Of a DNA stretch of 64,000 bases, positions 17,366-26,810 are shown piece by piece (the stretch's first letter is position 1; each line of letters opens with the position of its first letter). The notes under the pieces were generated by a model that was given only the letters and a program-made list of their open reading frames with translations, did not search any database and was not told the DNA's origin. The stretch comes from an uncultured bacterium (GTDB lineage Bacteria > Hydrothermota > UBA3073 > NMUJ01 > CBEVQO01), in contig CBEVQO010000001.1 in assembly GCA_965552055.1 (NCBI GenBank), forward strand, positions 406,779 to 470,778, given 5' to 3'. The translations under genes and the position numbers were made by a program.

Positions 17366-18381
17366 GATGTTTTTTCAACCAGTTCTCGATATTTGGCGAA
17401 GTTCGACAGCATTTTACCAATTCCGTTAATAACTGAGAAAAGCGGATTTTTACTTCTTTTTATCTTTAAACCTGTTTCTCTTGAGAGTGCTGCATCCATT
17501 CCGCGCAGTAATGCTCCACCACCGACAAGTGTTATTCCTGTTTCTATTATATCAGAAGCAAGTTGAGGAGGCGTTATCTCAAGCGTTTTCTTAACAGCAG
17601 AGACAATTTCGGAGATGGGTTTTTGCAATGCCTCCCTTATTTCTTTTGAATTAACGGTTATAGTTTTTGGGAGATTTACAGATAAATCAAGTCCCTTTAC
17701 TTCGATGGTCTCTTCCGGGTCAATCGGTGCAGCAGACCCTATTTTTATTTTTATCTCCTCCGCTGTGATTTCACCTATCGATAATTTGTATTTTGATTTA
17801 AGATAATCGATTATTGCTTCATTCATTTCATCTCCTGCTGTCCTTACTGATGTACATCTCACAACTCCACCCAGTGATATTACAGCGACTTCTGTGGTTC
17901 CTCCCCCTATATCAATGATCATGTTTCCATGTGGCAAATTTATGGGCAGGTCTTCTCCGATTGCTGCTGCAACAGGCTGGGGCACAAAATGAACATCCCT
18001 TGCACCTGCTTTTATAAGTGAATCTCTAACGGCTCGCTTCTCAACCAGTGTTATACCGCTTGGAATTGCAATTAAAACCGTTGGCCTAAAGATGCCTCTA
18101 CTGACCCCTATTTTTTGCATTATAAGATGAAGCATCTGCTCAACTTCTTCGACTTCGGTTATGACCCCATCTTTAAGGGGTCTAACAGCTCTTACATAGG
18201 GGGGCGTTTTACCCAGCATCTTCTTCGCTTCCCTACCAATTGCTATTGCACGCTTCACTCTATCATTAATAGCCACAACAGTAGGCTCATTGTAAACTAT
18301 GCCTTTACCCTGCATGTAAACAAGAGTATTGGCAGTGCCAAGGTCAATACCAACCTTATGTCTCTCGAAAAATCTCACCAT
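17362..18381 (-). CDS. mreB: Rod shape-determining actin homologue MreB
   Basis: GIDLGTANTLVY, DIGGGTTEVAVIS and the rest of the protein match MreB. Confidence 0.92.
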   Translation of the reverse strand: MVRFFERHKVGIDLGTANTLVYMQGKGIVYNEPTVVAINDRVKRAIAIGREAKKMLGKTPPYVRAVRPLKDGVITEVEEVEQMLHLIMQKIGVSRGIFRPTVLIAIPSGITLVEKRAVRDSLIKAGARDVHFVPQPVAAAIGEDLPINLPHGNMIIDIGGGTTEVAVISLGGVVRCTSVRTAGDEMNEAIIDYLKSKYKLSIGEITAEEIKIKIGSAAPIDPEETIEVKGLDLSVNLPKTITVNSKEIREALQKPISEIVSAVKKTLEITPPQLASDIIETGITLVGGGALLRGMDAALSRETGLKIKRSKNPLFSVINGIGKMLSNFAKYRELVEKTS

Positions 18382-18410
18382 TTAATTTAAACGAAAACTC
18401 AATTTGTCAA
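18382..18410 (-). promoter_or_regulatory. Sigma-70-like promoter (TTGACA-15-TAAATT) abutting the mreB start codon
   Basis: Minus strand reads ttgacaaattgagttttcgtttaaatt, then aa, then ATGGTG. Confidence 0.4.
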
Positions 18411-18420
18411 CAATTTTTTC

Positions 18421-18448
18421 TTGACAGATATAAATATTGCTATAAAAT
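18421..18448 (+). promoter_or_regulatory. Sigma-70-like promoter (TTGACA-N16-TAAAAT), divergent from the mreB promoter
   Basis: ttgacagatataaatattgctataaaat; ATG codons at 18449, 18455 and 18458. Confidence 0.4.
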
Positions 18449-20317
18449 ATGGGAATGATGAAAAAATTCTTCATAAGTTTTTTAGGAATATGCTTTCTGG
18501 ATATCCTTTTCGCTTTACCCAATCGGATTCTCGAAATACCGACCCCATGGTTCGCACCTGTTGAGCCTTACTGGGAAGGTGGATTAAGCACTTCTACCGC
18601 AGACCTTTCACTTCATCCTCTTGATTTAAATTTACATTTCTATTACAAAAGCAGGGAGTATGAAATAGCATTCTCGATGTTCGGATGGACAGATTATGCC
18701 ATTGACTTCGGATACATCATTAAAAGGGAAGATAAATATCTTTTACAAATAGGCGTTGATAACATTACTTACAGGAAATACATTACAACGGTTGGTCAGC
18801 ATGGTTTTTATGACGAACAATATGCCCATCGTCAGCCAGAAGTATTCTCTATCTATGCTGTCGGAAGAATACAGTGCGATGAAGCAGGTAAACTCTTTGC
18901 ATATGTGGGACTCGGCAGAGGTAAGTTCATTGGTTACGGTCCTTTATCAAAATTTATGAACCTCGACATCCTATTACATTCTTACAATCCTTTAATTATT
19001 GGATTATTCCTGGGTGTAAAATATTACTTTGAAGATAGATTTTGTGGCATGATAGAGCTCACCGGTAGAAATGTAAACATTGGTTTGCAATACCTTGGTG
19101 AGTATGCGGAAATAAGCTGTGGATGGTTGAAGCTCGAGCATCTGCGTTCAATTGGCAAACAAAGCATTTATGAGTATCTCTTCCCCAGGGTCTTCTTCAC
19201 ATTTGGGATACATAAAAAGTTGCCAATCGCAAAGCCACTCGCTTATAAGGCACCCAAAGAAGAGCTTTACATCTTCGGAAAAATATTAGATGCGAAGACA
19301 AAGAAGCCGATAAAGGGGATAAAACTCGCTGTAATTCCGTCATCTGCATACGGCTCTTTTGAAATCCATGAAAATGGCTCGTATATGCTGATGCTGAGAG
19401 CGAAGAAATGTAAAGTAAAAATAGAAGCACCTAACTATTTCCCCGTGATAAAAGATGTTGTTTTGAAAACGGGTCTAAAAGAAGTAAACTTTTTCCTCGA
19501 AAAAGCAGGTCCTCCTGCTGGTAAAAGGGTGGTAGGCACGGTTACAGGTAGAATCGTCGATGGCAAAACAGGTAAACCTGTCCCGGGTGTCAGAATATCG
19601 ATAATACCATCATCAGCTTCTAAATCTTTCAAAATAAGCCAGGATGGAACTTACACTATCGAGCTGTTAAAACCAAAATGCAAAATAAAGGTCTCTGCTA
19701 AAGGTTATAAATCTGTAGCAAAAATGATTAATCTAACAAAAGGAACATATGTTGTAAACTTCTATTTGCATAGAATTACTCCTTCACCAACAGATTATAA
19801 CAAAAGATTAAAAATAAAAGTTTACGATGAAGAATCAAAGAAAAAAGTAAAAGATATAAAAGCAAATATATCAGAGGGGTCAGCAGAAATCCTTACAATC
19901 ACCGAAGGTGAAATCGATGTAATGGCTTATTCCCCTGAATTCAAAATAACAATAATGGCAACAGGTTATGAAACAGTGCAAAGGAAAGTTAAAGAAGAAG
20001 AGAAAATTGTTAAAGTTTATTTGAAAAGGAAAAAAATAAAAAAACTCCCGATACCACAAACAACTCAAAATGTGATAATAACCGGAATCATAAGAGATAT
20101 AAAAACAGGCAAACCCATATCTAAAGTTAACTTCGTTACACAGCCAGCTGGCTTAATAAAATCAAAAACCGTATATCCAGATGGAAGATATAGAATCGAA
20201 CTGAAAAAAGGAGGATGCATCCTTAAAATAAGTGCCCAGGGATATTTCACAGAAGAAGTAAAAATAACATCCGCAAAAAAAATAATAAAACAAAACTTCT
20301 CCCTTAGACCCAGATGA
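18449..20317 (+). CDS. Secreted protein: N-terminal beta-rich domain plus three CarboxypepD_reg-like (Ig-like) repeats
   Basis: Signal peptide (MKKFFISFLGICFLDILFA). Three repeats of about 75 aa of the type G.I.D.KTGKP(I/V).G(V/I).(I/V)…GSYT(I/M).L….K.K…GY, as in carboxypeptidase regulatory-like domains. Confidence 0.6.
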   Translation: MGMMKKFFISFLGICFLDILFALPNRILEIPTPWFAPVEPYWEGGLSTSTADLSLHPLDLNLHFYYKSREYEIAFSMFGWTDYAIDFGYIIKREDKYLLQIGVDNITYRKYITTVGQHGFYDEQYAHRQPEVFSIYAVGRIQCDEAGKLFAYVGLGRGKFIGYGPLSKFMNLDILLHSYNPLIIGLFLGVKYYFEDRFCGMIELTGRNVNIGLQYLGEYAEISCGWLKLEHLRSIGKQSIYEYLFPRVFFTFGIHKKLPIAKPLAYKAPKEELYIFGKILDAKTKKPIKGIKLAVIPSSAYGSFEIHENGSYMLMLRAKKCKVKIEAPNYFPVIKDVVLKTGLKEVNFFLEKAGPPAGKRVVGTVTGRIVDGKTGKPVPGVRISIIPSSASKSFKISQDGTYTIELLKPKCKIKVSAKGYKSVAKMINLTKGTYVVNFYLHRITPSPTDYNKRLKIKVYDEESKKKVKDIKANISEGSAEILTITEGEIDVMAYSPEFKITIMATGYETVQRKVKEEEKIVKVYLKRKKIKKLPIPQTTQNVIITGIIRDIKTGKPISKVNFVTQPAGLIKSKTVYPDGRYRIELKKGGCILKISAQGYFTEEVKITSAKKIIKQNFSLRPR

Positions 20318-23300
20318 AAATAAAAATAACAATCACAAATATACTCATAAATCTATTTAAAAAATTTCTTTTGCCTATCTCCATCTTTTACCTGTCTCTT
20401 CTCGTTTTTGCATCACTTGATAAAACATTTTACCTGACATCCATTCAAAGGCTTATTTCTTTAATTTTTTCCTCTGTTATCCTAATCTTGCTAATCTGCA
20501 AAATAAAAATTGAAAATGTGGTATTTTATCTCGAAGAAAAATTCCCATTTAAAGGATTACTATTCTCCGCACTTAAAAAGTACGACGCTAAATATAAATA
20601 CTCTGAAGAAATGATAAGCGAAATAAAATGCAAAGCAAAAGAATTATTGAGGGAAGTAAATTTTTTAAATATTTTTCTGAAAAGAATATGGAAAACATTA
20701 CCTGTCATAAGTATCGCAATTTTCTTCTTCTTTACTTATAAAATCAATAACATAATAAGAATTTTAAAGCCATTTTTAAAAGAAGAAAGGATACTTCTTT
20801 ATCCCGGTGACTTCTATTGCGAAATAGGTGATAGCGTGGAAATTTATGCAAAGCCCGTTGATTTCTCACCCGATTACATTTATTTACATCTCCCGCATGA
20901 AATAGTGAAATTAAAAAAGGAAAAAAAATACAAAGTCATTGTGGGACCGATAGTCGATAGCCTTGAATATTACGCATATTATAAAGATGTGAAAAGCAAA
21001 ATTTATAAAATTAGATTAAAGGTGCCTCCTTATATTACATCATTAAAAATAATACTCGATTTCCCCGATTATACCGGAATAAAAAATTATGTAACCTCAG
21101 AGCCAAATATAACGGCACTTAGAGGCACAAAAGTGAATTTCTATGCAAAATGCAATACTCCCTTAAAACAGGTAAAATTTAAATTCAAAAAAGGAGGACA
21201 TTTAAAGAATATAAAAATCAAAGACAATGAATTTACAGCGAATTTTAAGGTAATGCAGAGCGATACATATTTTATTAAATTAATTTCCGTAACAGAACTT
21301 GAAAATGTTTTCATGTATCACATAAATGTAATAAAGGACGATTCACCAAAAGTTACGATAACTTATCCTGCACATGATAAAAAACTCGATGAAAGTATGC
21401 GGGTTTTGATTTCCTTCAAAGCAGAAGATGATTTTGGCTTGTCAAAAGCTCTCTTCATATCCGACCTTGATACATTTACTTTTTATTTCAAAAGAGAACC
21501 TAAAGATACCTTTATAACATTCTTGTGGGATTTATCACAAAAAAATCTTTTACCGGGGGATAAGGTTTATTATTATGTAAAAGTTTTGGATAATGATGCG
21601 GTAATGGGGGAAAAGCCTGGTTTTTCCCAGAGATACAAAGTTTATTTCCCATCGCTTGCAGAAATGTATAAAGAAGTAGAAGAAGAGGGAGCAAAAGTTG
21701 AAGAAACTTTAAAAGAAATTCAAAACCTGATAGAAAGTGCTGAGAAATCGACGAAAGGCGATGTAAGCGAAGCTTTATCAAAAGCTAAAAAACTGTTGAA
21801 AGAGCTGGAGAAAGCAACAAAAGAATACAACGAACTCACTGAAGAAATGGAAAAAAATCCTTTTATAGACGAAGAATTAGCAAGACAAATAAAAGAACTT
21901 CAGGATTTGATGGAAGAATTGATGACAGAAGAAATGCGACAGGCTCTGCAAAGATTAACAGAAGCATTGAAAAAGCATCCAAGAAAATTGGCAGAAGCCT
22001 TAAGAAATTTGAATTTATCCTATGAAAATCTTAAAAAATCGATAAAAAGGACATTACATCTCTTAAAGCTTTATAAAAAGGAATTAAAGTTGAAAAGGTT
22101 TGCGGAAAAAGCAAAAGAACTTGCAGAAGCGCAAAAAAGTTTAACGCAAAGGATGCGAAAAGAAAATCCACAGGATTTGAAAAAATTGCAAAGCGGGATT
22201 TTACAAAAAATGAAGGATTTGAAAAGCGAAATCGATAAACTCGAAGGATTTGAAGAAGAGAAAAAATTATCTGCGCAAATTTTAAAAGATATGGAGAGAC
22301 TCGAAAAAATGATGGGCGAAGGTAAAGCATCTCCAAAATTATCACGAAAGATAGCAAATGACCTCGAAAAGCTCTCTGAAAGATTTAATGTAGCGTTTAA
22401 GAATTTTTTAGCAAAGACAAAAGAACCTATCTTTAAGGATTTTAAAGATTTACTTCAGTATTTACTTTTTGTATCCTTTGAGATTGATAGTATCGGGATG
22501 GATTTAGAATCAGCATATAGATTGCAGGCATTAATTGATGGTATGAAACTTGTGAAAATAAGAGTAGATGCAATATTGATGGAGACACCTTTTATTCGGG
22601 GAAAATTCGAAGAAAACATTAAAAATGCAATAAATGCAATGGAGAATATGAAAAGAGCTATAGAAGAGCAAAAAGAATGGCAGTTTAAATTTGAGAAAAA
22701 AAGGTCGAAGTCAGAAATTGTTAAATCGATAAAGAAAATTTTAGATGAGTTAAACAGATTACAGACGCAATCTTTTGCATCGATGATGCAGAGTTTATTT
22801 GACAAATTGTCGCAGATGATAAAAAATCAGGAAGATTTGATGAAAATGGCACAAAGTATACTGCCGTTACCGCTCTCTAACCCTCTCACACAGCAACAAC
22901 TGCAATCACTCATTCAAAAACAAATGGAACTGGCACAGAGTTTGAAGAAACTTGCACAGGAAATTAAAGAAAAAGGAGGAAGTAATCTTGGAGATGAGCT
23001 TGGCGAAATCGCAGAGGAAATGGAAAAACTTGCAGACGATATGAAAAAAGGATTAACAGAGGATATAATAAAAAGACAAAAAAGACTACTCGATAAAATG
23101 CTTGAAGCAAGGAAATCGGTTTATAAGAAGAAAATAACGAGGAAAAGATATTCAGAGCCGGGTAAAGATTTTACAGATTTAAAGAGTCCACCCGTGCCGA
23201 AGCTCATCACGAAAAGAGGTGTTGACCAGGAAAAAGTAATAGCAGAAAGTAAGAAAAAAATACCAAAATATCTTGAGAAAGCCCGGAAGGAATATTTTGA

Positions 23301-23319
23301 GGAGATTTTAACACAATGA
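20314..23319 (+). CDS. Large membrane-anchored coiled-coil protein (three N-terminal TM helices, Ig-like middle, about 560 aa of coiled coil)
   Basis: 1001-aa ORF, ATGA overlap with the upstream gene; TM helices at about aa 20-40, 45-65 and 120-140; residues 440-1000 are a strongly heptad-patterned, K/E/L-rich helix. Confidence 0.65.
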   Translation: MKIKITITNILINLFKKFLLPISIFYLSLLVFASLDKTFYLTSIQRLISLIFSSVILILLICKIKIENVVFYLEEKFPFKGLLFSALKKYDAKYKYSEEMISEIKCKAKELLREVNFLNIFLKRIWKTLPVISIAIFFFFTYKINNIIRILKPFLKEERILLYPGDFYCEIGDSVEIYAKPVDFSPDYIYLHLPHEIVKLKKEKKYKVIVGPIVDSLEYYAYYKDVKSKIYKIRLKVPPYITSLKIILDFPDYTGIKNYVTSEPNITALRGTKVNFYAKCNTPLKQVKFKFKKGGHLKNIKIKDNEFTANFKVMQSDTYFIKLISVTELENVFMYHINVIKDDSPKVTITYPAHDKKLDESMRVLISFKAEDDFGLSKALFISDLDTFTFYFKREPKDTFITFLWDLSQKNLLPGDKVYYYVKVLDNDAVMGEKPGFSQRYKVYFPSLAEMYKEVEEEGAKVEETLKEIQNLIESAEKSTKGDVSEALSKAKKLLKELEKATKEYNELTEEMEKNPFIDEELARQIKELQDLMEELMTEEMRQALQRLTEALKKHPRKLAEALRNLNLSYENLKKSIKRTLHLLKLYKKELKLKRFAEKAKELAEAQKSLTQRMRKENPQDLKKLQSGILQKMKDLKSEIDKLEGFEEEKKLSAQILKDMERLEKMMGEGKASPKLSRKIANDLEKLSERFNVAFKNFLAKTKEPIFKDFKDLLQYLLFVSFEIDSIGMDLESAYRLQALIDGMKLVKIRVDAILMETPFIRGKFEENIKNAINAMENMKRAIEEQKEWQFKFEKKRSKSEIVKSIKKILDELNRLQTQSFASMMQSLFDKLSQMIKNQEDLMKMAQSILPLPLSNPLTQQQLQSLIQKQMELAQSLKKLAQEIKEKGGSNLGDELGEIAEEMEKLADDMKKGLTEDIIKRQKRLLDKMLEARKSVYKKKITRKRYSEPGKDFTDLKSPPVPKLITKRGVDQEKVIAESKKKIPKYLEKARKEYFEEILTQ

Positions 23320-24197
23320 ATTTGCTTGATTTAAACTTGCTTTCAAAAATTAAGTCACTCGAATTGAAAGCAAAACATGTTATTGAGGGCTTTTTAGCGG
23401 GTTTACACAAGAGTCCTTTTCATGGTTTTTCAGTAGAGTTTGCAGAGCACAGACAATACATGCCCGGAGACGAAATAAAGAGGATTGACTGGAGAGTTTA
23501 TGCAAGGACGGACAGGTTTTACACAAAACTTTATGAAGAAGAGACAAATATGAATGTCTTTATTCTGGTGGATAAAAGCAAATCCATGGATTATGGATTA
23601 AAAGGTTTGAAGAAATACGAATATGCATCAATACTTGCCGTTTGTATTTCTTACATTTTGATAAATCAAAGGGATAAAATTTCTGTTTTCACATTTTCGG
23701 AAGATATTTCAAAGTTTTTACCGCCTTCTTCTAACTTTTCTCATCTCAAGGCAATAATTAATTTACTCGAAGAAGAGAAGCCCGATGGAGGTACAGATAT
23801 ATCAAAGGCGATAAAAAATCTCACAGGATATGTGAAAAGAAAAAGTATGATAATTTTAATATCGGATTTACTTACAGAACAAAAAGCCGTATTGCACTTT
23901 ATAAAGGGGCTTGCGGTGCAAAAACACGATGTGCTTGTGCTCCATATACTTGACCCTTCTGAGACGGATTTTCCTTTCAAAGAAGAGATGGTCTTCAAAG
24001 ATATGGAAAATCTATCGGAAATAATGATATCCCCTTATATACATGATTCTTATAAAAAGGTTGTGCACAATTTCATAGAAAAATATAGGGATGAATTTTT
24101 GAAGTCGGGCATTGATTATAATTTGATAAAGACAGATGAAAAATTTGATAAAGCTTTAATCTATTGTCTGAGAAAAAGGTCAGAAATTTCCATTTAG
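23316..24197 (+). CDS. DUF58 domain protein (vWA-like; normally a MoxR partner)
   Basis: HKSPFHGFSVEFAEHRQYMPGDEIKRIDWRVYARTDRFYTKLYEEE is the DUF58 signature; ATGA overlap with the upstream gene. Confidence 0.8.
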   Translation: MNLLDLNLLSKIKSLELKAKHVIEGFLAGLHKSPFHGFSVEFAEHRQYMPGDEIKRIDWRVYARTDRFYTKLYEEETNMNVFILVDKSKSMDYGLKGLKKYEYASILAVCISYILINQRDKISVFTFSEDISKFLPPSSNFSHLKAIINLLEEEKPDGGTDISKAIKNLTGYVKRKSMIILISDLLTEQKAVLHFIKGLAVQKHDVLVLHILDPSETDFPFKEEMVFKDMENLSEIMISPYIHDSYKKVVHNFIEKYRDEFLKSGIDYNLIKTDEKFDKALIYCLRKRSEISI

Positions 24198-24619
24198 CTT
24201 ATCAGCTTTGCAAAAGTGTCAATCATATTTTTTGCGTGTTTAAAACCAGACTTTATGGCGTTGACCTCAATACCTCCTCTATAATAACCGTAGAGATGAA
24301 GAATATCGTAAACGGCGTAAAACTGTACTTTTAATTTGCCGTTGCGAGGTATTTTTGATAGCCATTCCATATAACTGTTGAAATCCTTAGGTAACTCGTC
24401 TGGATTTTTACCTTTCTTTAAGATAAAAGAGTCGATAGCGAATAGCACGGCAAGATACCCAATAGCACATGCTTCTCTTACAGGTTTACTATCGGAATAA
24501 ATAATTCCATATTCAATCGGTGTTTCTTTCAAAATTTCTTTAGCATTTTTGTAATACCTTTTTGCTTCCTTTATCGCTTCTTCGGGGGTTTTTGGTATTT
24601 TTCTTTTTTCTATCCTCAT
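24194..24619 (-). CDS. Small helical hypothetical protein (DUF5618-like)
   Basis: 141 aa; EEAIKEAKRYYKNAKEILKE…DILHLYGYYRG resembles DUF5618 proteins; 4-nt overlap with the glmS stop. Confidence 0.4.
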   Translation of the reverse strand: MRIEKRKIPKTPEEAIKEAKRYYKNAKEILKETPIEYGIIYSDSKPVREACAIGYLAVLFAIDSFILKKGKNPDELPKDFNSYMEWLSKIPRNGKLKVQFYAVYDILHLYGYYRGGIEVNAIKSGFKHAKNMIDTFAKLIS

Positions 24620-26439
24620 TCTACCGTTACACTTTTTGCAAGATTTCTTGGTTTATCAACATCCAGTCCTCTCATTCTTGCTATGTGATATGCGAGAAGC
24701 TGCAATGGTAATGCGACCAGCATGGGTGATAAATCTTCGTGACATTCTGGGATGTAAAACACATCTTCTGCGAGCTTCGATGCCTCTTTATCTCCCTCTG
24801 TTAAAATTGCAATTATTCTACCTTTCCTTGCTTTAACTTCTTCCATATTCGATAGCATTTTGTGATAGACAGATGTCTTTGGATTTACGCATACTACTGG
24901 CATATTTTCATCAATGAGAGCAATGGGTCCGTGTTTCATTTCACCTGCTGCATATCCCGTTGCATGAATATAAGATATTTCCTTCAACTTTAAAGCACCT
25001 TCAAGTGCAGAAGGATAATTCACACCTCTACCAAGGAAAATGAAATTTGGCGATTTATAATATTTCTTCGCTATCTCAATAATTTCATCTTCTTTCTCAA
25101 GAATTCTTTCCATCTTATCAGGAATCTGTCTCAATTCATCGACCAGCATTTTTATAGTTTCTTTATTTACTTTTCTTTTAATTTTTCCGAGATACAATGC
25201 AAAAGTTATAAGTGCGAACAACTGTGCTGTGTAAGCTTTTGTTGATGCCACGCCTATTTCGGGTCCTGCTTTTATAAAAATTACGGCATCGGATTCGCGA
25301 GCAATTGAACTCGTCTCAACATTTACTATCGATAAAACTTTCATAAATTTGCTTTTCGCTTCTCTTAAAGCTGCAAGGGTATCCGCTGTCTCACCTGATT
25401 GACTAATTGCCATAACTATTGAAGAGCCATCAAGAACAGGCTCCCTGTATCTAAATTCAGACGATATATCAATTTCTGTATGTATTCTGCAATACTTTTC
25501 GATTAAATATTTCCCAACATAACCGGCATGCCACGAAGTACCACATGCCTGAATGAATATCTTCTGAATACGGGGTAATAATTGTCTTATCCCCTTTAAA
25601 TCAAAAGGAACAATATCGCTGTTTTTTAACCTTAATTCAATATTTTTTCTTATTACAGAGGGTTGCTCGTAAATTTCCTTTATCATAAATGTTGGATAAC
25701 CTCCTTTATCTATCTCTATTTCTTCCTTCTCGATAGGTATTGCTTTTTTCTGTATTTCTTTACCTTCTTTATTATACACCTTTACACTATCTTTTGTTAC
25801 GATTGCGAATTCGTCATTTTCCAATATTATCATTTTATGTGCTATTCCTGTTAAAGCCGGGATGTCTGATGCAACGATATTTTCTCCATCTCCTATTCCT
25901 ATTATCAATGGTGAATCTTTTCTTGCGCAAACTATTTTATCGGGCTCTTTAACGGATATTACACAAATAGCATAAGCACCTACAAGGCGCTCTGCTGCTT
26001 TCATAACAGCTTTCAACAGGTCACCTTCGTAATATTCCTCGATTAAGTGCGCGATTACTTCTGTATCGCCTGTTGTCCTCCATATGTGTCCCTTTGCTAT
26101 GAGTTCTTCGCGCAGTAGAAGGAAGTTTTCAATTATTCCATTGTGCACAACTGCGATTTCGTTATTGCAGTCAATTATTGGATGGGCATTTTCGACAGAT
26201 ACCTCACCGTGAGTAGCCCACCTTGTGTGCCCTATCCCGATGTTACCACCTACAGGTTCTTTATCAAGCAAATCTGCAAGTTTTTTGAGACGACCAACTA
26301 CTTTGCGAGTGAATAATTCACCTTTTTCTATAACAGCGATACCAGCGGAGTCATACCCCCTGTATTCAAGGCGCCACAAACCCGATAAGAGCACAGAACT
26401 GACATCCCTATCGCCAACATACCCAACTATCCCACACAT
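24616..26439 (-). CDS. glmS: Glutamine--fructose-6-phosphate aminotransferase
   Basis: N-terminal MCGIVGYVG (Ntn amidotransferase Cys1), two SIS domains, C-terminal …SVTVE. Confidence 0.93.
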   Translation of the reverse strand: MCGIVGYVGDRDVSSVLLSGLWRLEYRGYDSAGIAVIEKGELFTRKVVGRLKKLADLLDKEPVGGNIGIGHTRWATHGEVSVENAHPIIDCNNEIAVVHNGIIENFLLLREELIAKGHIWRTTGDTEVIAHLIEEYYEGDLLKAVMKAAERLVGAYAICVISVKEPDKIVCARKDSPLIIGIGDGENIVASDIPALTGIAHKMIILENDEFAIVTKDSVKVYNKEGKEIQKKAIPIEKEEIEIDKGGYPTFMIKEIYEQPSVIRKNIELRLKNSDIVPFDLKGIRQLLPRIQKIFIQACGTSWHAGYVGKYLIEKYCRIHTEIDISSEFRYREPVLDGSSIVMAISQSGETADTLAALREAKSKFMKVLSIVNVETSSIARESDAVIFIKAGPEIGVASTKAYTAQLFALITFALYLGKIKRKVNKETIKMLVDELRQIPDKMERILEKEDEIIEIAKKYYKSPNFIFLGRGVNYPSALEGALKLKEISYIHATGYAAGEMKHGPIALIDENMPVVCVNPKTSVYHKMLSNMEEVKARKGRIIAILTEGDKEASKLAEDVFYIPECHEDLSPMLVALPLQLLAYHIARMRGLDVDKPRNLAKSVTVE

Positions 26440-26810
26440 AGTCCCCCCAATTCAAAAATATCCACAGGAATTAATTTTTTGTTAACGGGGTCAACAGCAA
26501 GCCCCATAGCTTCAAGTGAGATAGAACCAAGCACAGGTATGCCTTCTGGAAGACAAATTGTAACAGGGCTCACAGTCCTTTTGCCTCTTACTTCAAGAGC
26601 AACATAAGTCCACTTCTTTTTGACTTTTCTTCCATCACTCAATTTAACTTCGATTTCTCCCAATATCGGCAAATTGCAACTCTGCACAACATCTTCGGGA
26701 ATTGATGTTAAATGAGAACCTGTATCAACAATCATCTCTATTTCTTCCAAAAATTCAAACTCTCCATTTTTAACTATCCCAATTTTAACTTTTTCTTTAA
26801 ATACACTCAT
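26427..26810 (-). CDS. Retropepsin-like aspartic protease (clan AA)
   Basis: 127 aa with the IVDTGSHLTSIP catalytic D-T/S-G motif and a flap-like region; overlaps both glmS and the mutase gene. Confidence 0.65.
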   Translation of the reverse strand: MSVFKEKVKIGIVKNGEFEFLEEIEMIVDTGSHLTSIPEDVVQSCNLPILGEIEVKLSDGRKVKKKWTYVALEVRGKRTVSPVTICLPEGIPVLGSISLEAMGLAVDPVNKKLIPVDIFELGGLCVG

